Shown: positions 1 to 12,216, numbered from the stretch's first letter. The stretch: DNA of 64,000 bases from Blepharisma stoltei ATCC 30299 (GCA_965603825.1 CBFDEM010000029.1:186001-250000), one strand, 5' to 3'. Translations and numbers: made by a program. Notes: generated from the letters alone by a model not told the origin.

Positions 1-1
1 T

Positions 2-2002
2 TCTGAAGATGAGCTTTCTTCATCAAATTGCAGCATTGAGTCTAGAAATTTTCCAAATCTGCCAGGCGATACTAAAAGATCTCAAAGTCTGAGCCGCCAA
101 GATACAGAAGAAAAAGAAGCTCAAATTCAAAAAGAAATAACTAAGCCATTTGTAAACAGAAAATCTATGATTTTTACAAGGCTGGCACCAACAGGGGAAA
201 CAATTCAGTTTAACGTTAATTTTAATACAGATCTATCTGCAGATGAAGTCATCAATTTGTTAATTCCTGAAAACTCAAATAAAGAATCTTGGAAAGAAGG
301 ATTCAGCACCGGCTTAGAGTTTGGAAAAGCTCAAGGATTCATAGATGGAGAAGATTTTGGAATTGAGCAGGGCAGATTAGCAGGCTATATTAAAGCCTTG
401 CAAGAAAAAAAAGGCCTGAAAGAACTGATAAAAAATCAGGGAGATAAAAGTGAAGATGAGACTATAAATAGATCAGAAATCGCAATTGAAGACGCAACAA
501 ACCAAAGCATAAAAGAAGAGTCCTCTGAGTTGTGGCCTGAAGAAATTAAAGAAGCAAAGAGATTAATGAAAAATGCAGTCAAAGTGAGATATAATGCTAG
601 ATTAATGAAAAATAAAACTGATAAAGATTTTGGATTTGAAAGCATAAGAGATCCTTCATTGGATGGGACTATCAAAGAAGATAACTCTCTTCGAGTATTT
701 AAGAAAGCTGAAAACTCACCTGATAACGGAAAAACAGATGGGCTTAAATTTTCATCTTATTTGAAAAAAGAAGCCAAAAAGAAAGATATGACAAAATTTT
801 TTGAGTTTAAATTCAATCAAAGGGCAAACCAAGTTTCTACTAAAAAATTAGTGGCCTCAGGAATTATTGACAGGCTTATAAGGAAAAAATTGATATATAT
901 AAAAAAGAAATCAACTATGAGCTCTCGAATGGTAAACAGAATTATTAACTCAGTTTACAGTTTTGCAATGACAAAACAAAAATCAGGAGAAATTATTGAA
1001 AACTTAGCTGAAATTATTTATGATGAATTTAACAAAAAATATGGCTTGAAAGCTGTGATTGACAAGAAGTTCATTGATTTTATTGCTTCCCTGTTTAAAT
1101 ATTCAGATTCTATAAAATCGATGATGTTTTTGAAGTTTTTAGGTTATGGGAAGAAGTTAGGATTGCAGGATTACAAGAGATTGAGCTTTCCATGGTTTTT
1201 AAGTTGCTTTAATTATATGTTGACATCAAAAACAGGCATAATGGCAGCATTTGACGACACTTCAAACAAAAATATGTTCCCTACGCTAAGAGCGATTGAA
1301 TACGTCAGAGATAAATTTGATTTTTTCGACAAACTTGCATTGACCAATTTAATTGGACAAATTGAAGATATTTCAACCCCAGACCCAAAACGCATCAACG
1401 CAAATGGCTTAGTTGAGCTTGATTCAATGCTAGAAATTGTAATTGACTCCTATGAGAACTACCAAAATAGAATAGAAGATGGAATTCTATATGCATTAAA
1501 AACAGTTGGATATGATGAAAACAACACAATTTCTAATGTAATTCTGCTTATCCTTGTCAGACATATCCTCCAGCATAAAATCTTTATTCCTCCAAAGGAT
1601 GAAGATTTTACAATTGATACTTTAAGCCCTAAGCAGAAAGCCTTTATCAATTTTATGCAAACAAATGAGAAAATAAACTTGGACGATCTCATGATAAAAT
1701 GCTTGGATTGCGATTTCTTTGAAATTAATGATTTCAAAATTTATTTTAATCCTCCAAAAGATTTAACAATTGAAAAGGTGCTTTCTGAAATTAATGCTGG
1801 GCTGGATGAAGTTATGGAAATTCTGGAGAAAATGAAAGAAAAGGAAGAAAAGAAGTGGAAAAGCTTGACAGTGAAGGAATGGAAGAAAAGGCTGGCAAGC
1901 TGTGAAGAAAATATTATTATCAAAGAACCAGCAAATACAATGTTTGAGTGGACGCTATATCAAGATGAATTGAGAAGAATAAAAGATGTATATTTGAGCT
2001 AA
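2..2002 (+). CDS. Hypothetical protein, 5'-truncated by the window edge; contains a GxxxG-repeat (Yae1/FliH-like) segment
   Basis: The frame is open from base 2 through the ATG at 167 to TAA at 2000-2002; GFSTGLEFGKAQGFIDGEDFGIEQGRLAGY. Confidence 0.75.
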   Translation, partial: SEDELSSSNCSIESRNFPNLPGDTKRSQSLSRQDTEEKEAQIQKEITKPFVNRKSMIFTRLAPTGETIQFNVNFNTDLSADEVINLLIPENSNKESWKEGFSTGLEFGKAQGFIDGEDFGIEQGRLAGYIKALQEKKGLKELIKNQGDKSEDETINRSEIAIEDATNQSIKEESSELWPEEIKEAKRLMKNAVKVRYNARLMKNKTDKDFGFESIRDPSLDGTIKEDNSLRVFKKAENSPDNGKTDGLKFSSYLKKEAKKKDMTKFFEFKFNQRANQVSTKKLVASGIIDRLIRKKLIYIKKKSTMSSRMVNRIINSVYSFAMTKQKSGEIIENLAEIIYDEFNKKYGLKAVIDKKFIDFIASLFKYSDSIKSMMFLKFLGYGKKLGLQDYKRLSFPWFLSCFNYMLTSKTGIMAAFDDTSNKNMFPTLRAIEYVRDKFDFFDKLALTNLIGQIEDISTPDPKRINANGLVELDSMLEIVIDSYENYQNRIEDGILYALKTVGYDENNTISNVILLILVRHILQHKIFIPPKDEDFTIDTLSPKQKAFINFMQTNEKINLDDLMIKCLDCDFFEINDFKIYFNPPKDLTIEKVLSEINAGLDEVMEILEKMKEKEEKKWKSLTVKEWKKRLASCEENIIIKEPANTMFEWTLYQDELRRIKDVYLS

Positions 2003-2094
2003 AGTTGAATTATTAATAAATAAAAACTATTTATTTTTTAAATTTATCATATCTAATCCATTTCAATTATATTTAAACAACTCGGCGGTAAAAT

Positions 2095-3435
2095 ATGAAC
2101 TTCTCTGAACTAGTGACTTTTTCTGGCTTAGTACAGTTTTCCCCTGATTCAAAATACTTCGCAGTCGTAAAGCAAACTGCCCTAACAATTTATTCAGTTT
2201 CTGACATAGAAACACTTGCAAATTGGCCATTAGCTGACCAACCCTCAAATTTGGAATGGAGCCGAGACTCTAGATATCTACTTACAACCCATCAAAAACG
2301 AGGAATTGTTCAAATTTATTCAGTTGCAGATCAAGCCTGAAGTGGCCGCATAACTTTAACTCCTTGTGGTGTTGCAAATGCATTTTGGTCTCCAGATTCG
2401 CTTCAGATCCTCGCAATCACAGATTTCGAACTTAGACTCAGTGCTTGGAATTTGACTGATATGAGCGTTTATCATATAAAAAATCCCAAATTCAATGATA
2501 AAGGCTACTCTTTTAGTAGTGATGGGAAATTCATGATCCTAGCTGAAAGAAATGAAGGCAAAGATTATATTGGGATTTATTACACAGGTGACTGGCAAGT
2601 GGTCAATCATTTTGCAACTGAAACTTTTGATTTGGAAGACGCAAAGTGGACCCCTGACGATACTGCAATTATTGTATGGGATAGCTGCTTAGTGTATTCC
2701 TTAATAATTTATTCGCCGCTTGGAACTCCATTAGCAAGACATAGACCTTATGATAATGGATTAGGCATAAAAACACTTAGTGTTTCTCCAAACGGAACAT
2801 TTATAGCAGCTGGATCATATGACCAAAGTGCAAGAGTTTTTACCAAAATTTCATGAAGGTTTTTAAGTGAATTTCCTCATCAAAATCAAATAACTGAAGG
2901 AAGCGACATCCACATCTATAAGGAAGAAGAATATAACGAAAGTTTGGGCTTTGGAGGAGCTGAAGAAAGATTGACATCGAAATATGGCATGCAGGAAATT
3001 CCAGTTAAATTGCCAACATTGAAGGTGCCTAAAGACAAGCCAAATCCGCCTACAGGAGTTTCACTGTGTGAGTGGAGCAATAATACAAATTATTTAGCAA
3101 CTAGAAATGATAGCCAGCCAAATGTGCTTTGGCTATGGAATATGGCAACTCTTTCATTAAATGTCATACTTATTCAGCAGCAGCCTATAAAGAATGCTGA
3201 ATGAAACTCAAAAACGCTTCATCTAGCTTTTTGTACTGGGACTCCAAGGCTATTTTTGTGGAGTCTTGAAGGAGCTTCAGTTTGCGATGTTCCATTGGAA
3301 AATAAAGATTTCAAAGTTCAGAAAATTGTTTGGAGTCCTGATGGGCAAAGCATGATTTTGATGGATAAAAACAAATTACTGATAGCGTATCCTCAATTTG
3401 AGGTGCTGGAAGCTGGAAATGAAGAATATTTTTAA
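2095..3435 (+). CDS. WRAP73: WD-repeat protein WRAP73/WDR8
   Basis: Track ORFs 2095, 2452 and 2944 share one frame and are joined by TGA at 2338, 2854 and 3202 (Trp in WD contexts); motifs FSPD, YLATRNDSQPNVLWLW, GIKTLSVSPNG; TAA at 3433-3435. Confidence 0.88.
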
Positions 3436-3556
3436 TTTGATAATAAATACTTAGGTATAGCTGGTAAAATCTTCAAAAATTAATCAATAATTTCTCCAAA
3501 AAAAATCAATATATTTCTCTTATCAAGGGAAAGTACTTATTTAATATTTCTAAATC

Positions 3557-4114
3557 ATGCCTATCTGGACCCGACTGCTAAACTGACTCCGTTCTTTATT
3601 TTGAAGCAGAAAACTCGAAATTTCTATCGTCGGCCTTCAAAATGCAGGGAAAACTACATTTGTTTCTGCGCTCGCAACATCTGAATTTGATGACGACACA
3701 ATCCCGACAATCGGCTTCAACCACCGAAAAGTCAAAAAAGGTGGTGTTGAGCTTCAAATTTGAGATTTAGGTGGACAGCCTAAATTCAGAGACAGCTGAG
3801 AGAAATATTGCCGAAATGTAGACTGCATTGTCTTTGTAGTTGATTCTGCCGATTTCGGAAATTTTGATATTGCTAAAGCTCAGTTGCAGAAGCTGCTGAT
3901 GTGGCCTTCACTTGTGGGAATTCCTTTATTAGTGATAGGGAATAAGAATGATTTAGAGGGCGCTTTAAATGAAGAAGAAATTATATCAACGCTTACATTG
4001 ATGTCAGTTATCGGGAGGCCTGTGGCTTGTTATAGTGTCAGTTCAAAAGATATGAATAACCTCGATATGGTTTTAAGGTATTTTGCAAAGTTGCCTAAAA
4101 GGAAAACTTGCTAA
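3557..4114 (+). CDS. ARL8: ARF-like small GTPase ARL8
   Basis: MPIWTRLLNWLRSLFW..GLQNAGKT..IPTIGFN..IWDLGGQPKFRDSWEKY..GNKND; four TGA codons at conserved Trp positions. Confidence 0.93.
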
Positions 4115-4304
4115 TTTTAATTAATTTAATATCAGTTATTAATTCTTTAAGAGTTTCCATACAAATAGTGTTTAAAGTATTGCTTAAGATTGATATTTTA
4201 TTAATGCTTAATTAATATTTATACTTAAAATATTAGGCTCACTAATAATTTGTAATTGCTCATCGCGTTTAGCATATTGTCATGCGCTCCATATTTCTTA
4301 AAAG

Positions 4305-5690
4305 CTAAGTATTAAGTTTACTATCTTTCTTAAGAATCTCTGGCTTATCATAATTCCCTAAAGCTTTTAATAATCTATAATGTGCTTTTAAAGCATCCCA
4401 AAAGGTTGGATAAGAAAAATAATTAACCCCAAACTCTTTGCAAGTACTTTGAACAATTTTTGCAATTTCAGGGAGTCTTGTATGGACCATTGCTGGGAAT
4501 AAATTATGTTCAATTTGATGATTTAAACCCCCAGTTATCCATGTCCAAAACTTAGAATCAATTGCAAAATTAATAGAATACTCAGCTTTCAAAACACCCC
4601 AATTAATATTATTTATTGATTCTACACATCCAGCTTCCAACACCCAATGATTTATAGCAAAAAATAAAGCATATCCAGCACCAAAGCTTACCATATAAAG
4701 CATTCATATTGGGAAAATATTCAAATATCCATGCAAATAACACGGAATTAAAATTGTATATAAAAACCAGCAAAATTTTACAAAAATTTGAAAAACAAAG
4801 TCTGAAAATGAGTTCGAGCCTCTTAGATTTAGTGAGTTCGAAACCCAAAAAAAGTCATTAAATGTCCCAAACAAATCCCCAAAATGAATTGTTATATATA
4901 GCAACCAAGCATACACTTGCTGATATCTATGAATTCCAAACCTACGCTGATTTATATGTAACCTTAATAATGAAAAGTTCGATTGATCATGTATATTATA
5001 TCCATGCTGAAATTCGTGTGATCTTTTATAAACAAGCCTTGAGCTTGCTAAATCTGGTGTATACCCTGCAAGCCAGGTCAGAGTTTTCAGGCTTGTAAAA
5101 ACTCCATCATTTTTATGCTCAATCGAAATCATTCCGATTTGGCTGCACAACACTCCATAGATTATAGCTGACCACCAAGTGCAAAAGTAAATATACAAAG
5201 CCAGCGAAATAAAATAACAAATTGATAAAAACAGTCCTTTAAAAGCGATTTTTGGGTCTTCTCTTCTCAAATTTTTAGGCACAGCTTCTCCAACTCTCTG
5301 CTTCACAGTTTTATAAAAATTCCCTTCCCAGGAATAAAGATTTTCATATCCCTCGATTTCCCCAATAAGATATTTTTTGCTTACTCCTTTGTCAACAACT
5401 TTTAGAGGATGATAACTTTCCCAAACTTCTGTACAATCAGAGCCAGCGCCTTCATATATGATTTTTCCACCTGGATGCAATTCAACCCAATCAGTGACAT
5501 CATAAATTCTCCCGTGAATTACAATTCAGCAATCTCCAGGTTTGTCATGTTTCACAACTTCATCCCAATGATAAAGCCGATATCCACGTTGGGGTCTTCT
5601 TGTCGCTGAATTTCTGATTCCAATTGATCTTTTAAGTCAATCTGACCAACATTCAGAAGAGTTATCAAGAGTAGCACGAGAAAATGCCAT
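4305..5690 (-). CDS. Cytochrome b5-fused front-end (delta5/6-type) fatty-acid desaturase homolog with degenerate His boxes
   Basis: ATG at 5690; b5 motif DCWIVIHGRIYDVT..HPGG; TGGLNHQIEHNLFP; single frame when TGA=Trp. Confidence 0.85.
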
Positions 5691-5712
5691 TTATTTGAAT
5701 AATTAAGTTAAT

Positions 5713-8700
5713 TTAGTTAGTTGCAATAATCTGGGAAAGGACTTCAATTTCTGTTTTGTCTAGAACTTCAGAGGTTGGCTCTTCTCTTACAAGTCTTGAT
5801 AATTCTTGGACTACAGTCATGCTTCGTGGGTAGTTCTTGAGGTTTGCAAAGTTGTTTAAGAACAGCCTGTGTACGTTTTGGGCTTCTTCAGGCTCAGCTT
5901 TAATTGGTAAATTATTAAGCCACTCTTCAATTAAATCATTTCTTTGGAAAATAGCTAGTTTTCCGAGTGCTCCTACAGCGCAATCAGTTGCTACGTTATA
6001 CTCGTCACTTCTAGCTTTGCCATCATTAATTATAGTTCTGACTGCTTCTACGGCAGAGTTCACATAAGGTGCAAAGGTAGCTTGGTCTACTGTTTGTGCA
6101 CAAACTCCAACTCCATATACTGCTGACTGTCTAATATCAGCGTTTTTATGGTTGGCAAACTTCAGCATCTGTTCAGTCAGTCTGCTTCTGCCAGAATCCC
6201 ACATGAGGTCTTGAGTAAACTCAACATAGTCGTCAAAAATGCAAATTGCTGATAGAAGTTCTTCGTCTGTAGCCTTTTCTTTAAAGAAAAGCTGGGCATA
6301 CATGTCTTTGAAGCAGGTCAAAAATGTGGCTTGGAACTCTTTTCTGAAGTTCTTTAAGAGTTTTCCTACAACTTCCATGGTTGTTCTTAAGATTTTGTTA
6401 TCAGTCGTTTCTTCTTCATTCAAAACTTCAAGCTCTTCTGAGTACAGTTCAGGATCTGTGTATTTTTGTATTTCAGTTGATCTTTCAACTTTTCTAGTAA
6501 AAACTGCTTTGGTTTGGTTTGAGAGGGTTTGGGCTAACTCATTTGCATAGCCGAGACCCACAACTGCAACATTTTCAACACTTTCTAGTACAAATAAGAG
6601 AGCTTTGAGAATCCTTTTGATGTCTTCAGGTGACAAATGAGTGCCTTGAAGAGTGGTAGTGAATAGAGGGAATAAAACTCTTAATAAAGCTTCAGCTTGG
6701 AAAGTATCTTTGGTAGCTCCTACAGTGCAAGCAACAGTCCTAATGCTATATTTTCTGATATCTGCGTTATAAGCATATGCAAATAATGGAGTCAAAGTGC
6801 TTATTGTCTGCTCTATATAAGGAGCAAAAGCCTTCCCCATGCTTGAAACCAAGTCATAAAGAATCCTGCAAGCTTTAATTTTATGCTGAAGAGCTGTAGT
6901 GTTAATGGCAAGCTGTTTTTTGCCTTCTCCTTTCATATCAAAGGTAACTGCATTCATTCCAGGTGCTAAGTCTTGTCCTTCATCAGCATCAGTAAAGGTA
7001 ATATCTACATTAGCTTGAGCTCTTGTCAGAAGTTCTGGCATAAAGACATGCATGTATGGCTCAAATTGTTCTTTGAGACAGTCAGCAAAGTTTGAAATAA
7101 CTTCATTGATGGCCAATGTAGCTGGATCTTCACTATCTAAGGACGATTTCAGCTGAACAAGGCCATTCATGATTGATTTGGCATCTTCAGTGTAGTTTTC
7201 TGGGACTTCACTGATTGATTCAATCATGTATCCGATACATCTGATGCAGGTAGCTCTTATTTCTTGCTGCTGGGTTGTAGTTGTTGGGATTGTGACCAAG
7301 GTTTTGAGGGCTGGCATAAATTGGTTGTAGTATGGAGCAAATGCACTTTGGAGGGCTGAAGCAGTGGTAGAGATGGCGTTTAAGACTTCGAGCATTAAGG
7401 TGTAGTTGTTAGTAGTAACAGCTTGTTGAAGGAGAGTGGCGAGGGTTTGTAAGACTGTACTGGCATACTGAGTAAGGGATTCAGCTGGGTCAACATCATC
7501 TTCTGCTAAAAGGCCACGGGTGTAGTTAACTAATGCTGAAGTTCCTCTGGTTTGGACCTTCACATTAGTAGAGGAAGTCATAAGAGTAAGCATAGCTGGG
7601 ATTAATCTGGCGTGATGAGCAGTCTCAATTGTCGGCTCAAATTCAGTGCACAACAGTCCTAATGTAGTGGCAGTAGCCCATTGGAGTCTTGGGTTTGCTG
7701 AGCTTACAAAAGGCAAAATCATTGTGAGGATTTCATTTAAGTTCTTTTCGAACTGTTCATGGCATCCATTTGCAATCAATCCTAAAGCTAAAAGTCCTGT
7801 ATGTTGATGAGTCCATTCAGCGCTATTAATAAGTGTTGGAATGGTAGTCATAAAGTAAGGCAGCACAGTTTCAGCTCCAAGCGAGTACGAAGCTTTATTC
7901 AATAAATCTTTTCCAAGGCTGAAAGGTTCATTTGTAGTCACATTTTCATCAGTGTCATCAGTAGTCCAAGCTTCAATATCATTGACATTGTCCACTTCAT
8001 AAGTCAGCTGCAGTGCAGTCTTCATTATTTCTTCTATAACTCCAGCTGTTTTCTTTATCATCCCTGGAGCTTTTTGTGTCAAAGTGACTAAGACTTCTAC
8101 ACTTCCGCTTCTGATTTCATTATCCAGCTGAGTGCTGTTTGAAATAGTGGTCATCACAGTAGTCAATTGGGTTAAAGTTTCTTTCCAAAACCTTGGAAAG
8201 GTCTCTGTAAGTTCTGCAAGGCAAGTCAAGGTGTTCTTGACTTTGTCAACGTTTAGCTCTGGTTGGGATAAAACTGTGGTGAACACAGTAAGCATTGGAC
8301 TAGCTGTATAAGCGAATTTTAAGACCTGGGTTTCGTCGGTAAGTCCTGATAAAAAGGATGCTAAAGAATTTAGGCCACTGAGGACTACTGTTGGGTTTGA
8401 GTGCTGGAGCGATGATCCTAAAAGTTCAATGACAGAGGCAGCGTTTTGTTGAAGAGTGTCCATAAGTTTAGGGAATTCGACAGCTAGTTCTAGAAGGTAA
8501 AGAGAAAACTCTTTTAATTCTTCGACTTTTTCCCAGGCTGCAATATACCCGAAGAATTCGTTTACCCAGCCATCGGTGTTAGCCAAATTGGTTAGCACGT
8601 CGCCTAACTTTTTAAGATAGGTTGTGGTGTGGGTTGGAGTTACAAGGGCTATCATAGAGGTTCTGATTTGAGCTTTGATGGCATCGGTAAATGTTGTATA

Positions 8701-8904
8701 CACGCCAGTGTCAATAACTTTCTTTCTGAAAAGGACTATTGAGAGAGAAGCAATTGTTTCTTCAGCACCCATAGCATTAACGAGTTGTAGGGCTGTTTCG
8801 GTTGGGGAGGAAGTCATTAAGGTGGTGAAGGCTGCTTCAGATTGGGTTCTGGTGTCTTTATCTGCTGAAAGAACACCTGAGAGAACTGTAAAGAAGTCTG
8901 ACAT
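5713..8904 (-). CDS. IPO5: Importin beta-3 / importin-5 (Kap121-like) HEAT-repeat karyopherin
   Basis: ~1063 aa; EWTHQHTGLLALGLIANGC, IRQSAVYGVG, ATDCAVGALGK, WLNNLPIKAEPEEA; first ATG at 8904. Confidence 0.88.
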   Translation of the reverse strand: MSDFFTVLSGVLSADKDTRTQSEAAFTTLMTSSPTETALQLVNAMGAEETIASLSIVLFRKKVIDTGVYTTFTDAIKAQIRTSMIALVTPTHTTTYLKKLGDVLTNLANTDGWVNEFFGYIAAWEKVEELKEFSLYLLELAVEFPKLMDTLQQNAASVIELLGSSLQHSNPTVVLSGLNSLASFLSGLTDETQVLKFAYTASPMLTVFTTVLSQPELNVDKVKNTLTCLAELTETFPRFWKETLTQLTTVMTTISNSTQLDNEIRSGSVEVLVTLTQKAPGMIKKTAGVIEEIMKTALQLTYEVDNVNDIEAWTTDDTDENVTTNEPFSLGKDLLNKASYSLGAETVLPYFMTTIPTLINSAEWTHQHTGLLALGLIANGCHEQFEKNLNEILTMILPFVSSANPRLQWATATTLGLLCTEFEPTIETAHHARLIPAMLTLMTSSTNVKVQTRGTSALVNYTRGLLAEDDVDPAESLTQYASTVLQTLATLLQQAVTTNNYTLMLEVLNAISTTASALQSAFAPYYNQFMPALKTLVTIPTTTTQQQEIRATCIRCIGYMIESISEVPENYTEDAKSIMNGLVQLKSSLDSEDPATLAINEVISNFADCLKEQFEPYMHVFMPELLTRAQANVDITFTDADEGQDLAPGMNAVTFDMKGEGKKQLAINTTALQHKIKACRILYDLVSSMGKAFAPYIEQTISTLTPLFAYAYNADIRKYSIRTVACTVGATKDTFQAEALLRVLFPLFTTTLQGTHLSPEDIKRILKALLFVLESVENVAVVGLGYANELAQTLSNQTKAVFTRKVERSTEIQKYTDPELYSEELEVLNEEETTDNKILRTTMEVVGKLLKNFRKEFQATFLTCFKDMYAQLFFKEKATDEELLSAICIFDDYVEFTQDLMWDSGRSRLTEQMLKFANHKNADIRQSAVYGVGVCAQTVDQATFAPYVNSAVEAVRTIINDGKARSDEYNVATDCAVGALGKLAIFQRNDLIEEWLNNLPIKAEPEEAQNVHRLFLNNFANLKNYPRSMTVVQELSRLVREEPTSEVLDKTEIEVLSQIIATN

Positions 8905-9624
8905 TTGGCGCGATATTATTATAAAGCGCAAAAATGGAGTGTAGCAATATGGACTTGCGCCAGAAAAATTAGATGGATAATAGATGATTTTTGGGGAATT
9001 TGGAAGGATTGGAGCTTAATTTTAGTGTGCTAAATGATTTGATCGAAAATTTATTGATAAAAGAATTTTGGCTAATCCTATTACGCAATTTATTTATGTT
9101 GGTATCTATTATTTGCTAATTTATACTGACTCAGGAACTAACAAATCTGTATAATCTTTTGGGACTACTCATGCTATAAAAGATTTGAGCGAATTTTATA
9201 ATAAAACAATAGATAATTTTTTGGAAGAATTCATATAAGCAGCAAGGATCAGGATATATGCTTTATATTGCTATCCGCGTTAAGACTGTGGTTTATAAAA
9301 ATGAGAACATCATAAAGCAGTAAAATCTAGTTATGCACATATATTTTTTATATATACTTTTGAATCCGATCACATTCGTTTTTAATTAAAATATATGAAG
9401 ATATAATGAATCATTAATTTTATATAGCCTACATGCTAATTTGAAAGAAATAAAAAGTTTCAGGCTTAATTAATAATACACAATTAATATAAATTAATTG
9501 ACTGCTATCATTAAGCTCTGATGACTAAAAATATAATTTAACCATACGAAATTTAAATAATCAAATAAGCATGCTTAAATTAATATAGCTAATTTTAAAG
9601 CTTGGAGAGTTATTAAGTGAAAAT

Positions 9625-12216
9625 ATGGACTTAGACAATTGAGTCCCTTTTAAGTCTGAGTTTTACAAGATAGCACTACGATATACTATGAACTGGAAAT
9701 TAGAAACTGAATTTAAAAATGTATTATTTGCTATCTCTCCAAATAAATACCTGATTGCTAAACTTGTTAATCCTGATGCATTATCAAATAATTCTGGCTC
9801 TTTTGATATTCTCGTTGATCGCCAGATTACTATTCACACACTTTCTGGCAGATTACTAAGAAGGTATGAATGAGATTTCACTAGAAAATTAGCTTATCTT
9901 ATATGGACAGACGATGATACTGTGACAACAATTTGCAGAAATGGAGAAATCGATGTATTTAGTGCTAATGACGATAAACCTTCATTTCCCCCTCCAATGT
10001 TCGGTATTTCACCCTCATCAAATAACGAGATCATAGCTTGTGAATTTAATGAAAAAACTCTATATATTCTCACAGCAGAAAACAAATTTTACTGCTTAAG
10101 AAATTTTCCTAATTGCCATAGCTTTGTGCCTGAGCCAATTATCACTGTCCCTAAACAATACCAAATCAGTTGCTTTACTATTATTCCACCTTTATATTCA
10201 TATTCCGGCTTTTCAGATATATACTGCGGATGCTCTAATGGAGGTATTGTGATAATTGAAGAAATGAAATACATAAAATTCGTTGAAAAATTCCCAATTT
10301 CTTATGATAAAATTGGAAGCTCTGCAAAATTCATAAAATCATCAGCAGGGAAAAAACTGATTGTGGTTCTGGACAATTTAGAAGCTTTTTTGATCAATTC
10401 TAATTTTTCAGATTCTGCAAGCAAAATTGAGATTGAAAATAAAGCTAAATTTAAACAAATATTTTGAATTGGAGACGAAACGATTGGTCTAGCTTATTCA
10501 AACCGTGTAATCTTGCTAAATGGTGACTCAAATTGTGTAATCCCATTTCCAAATTCTCAAGAAGGGGTTTTTTGCTACTCATTTTACGATGAAATAAGAA
10601 TAATCACAGGCGATCTATTTATGTCATGAGAAAAAGTTGGTAGTGTTCTTTATAATTCTTTATCTAAAAAACAAACCCTTCCTTCTACTTTACTTTATTC
10701 AGCTTATGAAAAGCGTGAAATCGATAAGTTTGAGTCTGATAAAATCATCAGCCATCTTATAAACACAGACGAAGTCAGCGACGCTATTGAGTTTTTATTA
10801 CAATTTGCGTGCTCAGAAGTCAATTCAATAATACAAGAAAAACTTTTAAAAGCTGTTTGGTACGGTAAAAGTTTTCTTGCTTCAGGGACATTTAACGAAG
10901 AAAGATATAGCACTATTAGTGACCGATTGAAATTAATAAATAAATTCAACGACGAAACAGTTGCAATTCCAGTTACTTATAAGCGTCTTAACTATATGCA
11001 ATCAAATAGTGATGATTTCATTAAAAAATTAGTGTACTCTAATAATCATCTATTAGCTTTGGAGCTAGCAAAAATATGGAAAGCAAGACCTGAACGAATT
11101 TTTGAAGAATGAGCCTGCTCAAAGCTGCAAAATTTAGCTTTTGATGATGACGATATGTATGAAATTTTATACTCAAAATTAAAACTCTGCCCATCTGTAT
11201 CCTATATAAATATTGCTAAAAGTTCATATGACTATGGAAGAAAAGATTTAGCAAAAAGATTCGTTAATAATGAAAAAAAATTATCAAGAAAAATTCCTAT
11301 GTTAATTTATATAAATGAAATTTTGCAAGCCTTGGATCTTTCAATAGAAAGTAAAGACCCAGATTTAATGTAATCACTATACAGCTATCAAGTGATTTTT
11401 AAAATCCACGAAATTATCAATAAAGCGAAATCTGATCCTGAATTGCTCGAAAATTCTAATTATTTATTTGAATCAACCCTCACAAAATCAATTTCTAAAG
11501 AATTATTTTTAATTTATATTAAACAAGTGGATGAAGATTTATATTATAAGTCCCTAACATTTTTAAAGCGCCAAGAAGAAATAGGCCATCTGACTATTAT
11601 AAAAGCACTAAAAATGAAAAGATTGAACCAAAAAATTACTTATTTTAATGTTGCAAAAGATATTTATGCGAGCTTGAAAAATAAATTCTACGAAAAAGCA
11701 ATGATAAGACAAATCCAGCTAATTGATGAGCAGAAATTGTTAGCCAAAGCGACTGGAGATTCATCATTGGTTTGCACCTCAATCAGTGGGACTTTATTCC
11801 AGTTAATCTATGGAGATGAGCATGCAATGGTGAAAAAATTCGCAAAAAGAATGAAGGTAAAGGATGGATTATTGTGATGCATCACAATTAAAGCGAAAGA
11901 GTCTAAAGGCGATTTTATTGGGATTGAAAACCTTTTGAAGCTTAAAAAGAAGCCACCTTCAGGATTCAAGCCATTTATAAATGTGTTTGTTAGGCATAAT
12001 TATTATAGACTAGCAGAAGAACTGATTATGAAAGAAACAAAAGACCCTTTTTATCAGTTTTCAATGCTTGAGCGCATTAAAAGTTATACTAAAGCGGCAG
12101 AAGTGGCAATAAAAAACAAATTATATGATCTTTTGCCTGAGCTAGTCGAAAATTCGAAAGATAGAGAAGTTGAGGTATTCGTAAACAACGCTATGGCCTT
12201 ATTAAATAAGAAATAG
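9625..12216 (+). CDS. VPS16: Vacuolar sorting protein VPS16 (HOPS/CORVET), one 15-nt intron
   Basis: One frame through TGA=Trp codons; LLKAVWYGKSF, SYINIAKSSYDYGRKDLA; splicing 11370-11384 gives ESKDPDLIYQVI; KKPPSGFKPF. Confidence 0.85.
11370..11384 (+). other. 15-nt spliceosomal intron (gtaatcactatacag)
   Basis: GT..AG with A at position 10; removal deletes an in-frame TAA and restores DPDLIY. Confidence 0.9.

Noticed and set aside
5713-8904. Importin-5 looks unusually Thr-rich (TTLMTSSPTET, TQLTTVMTT, PTTTTQQQ)
   Set aside because: This is an impression only; without ortholog composition data I cannot call it anomalous
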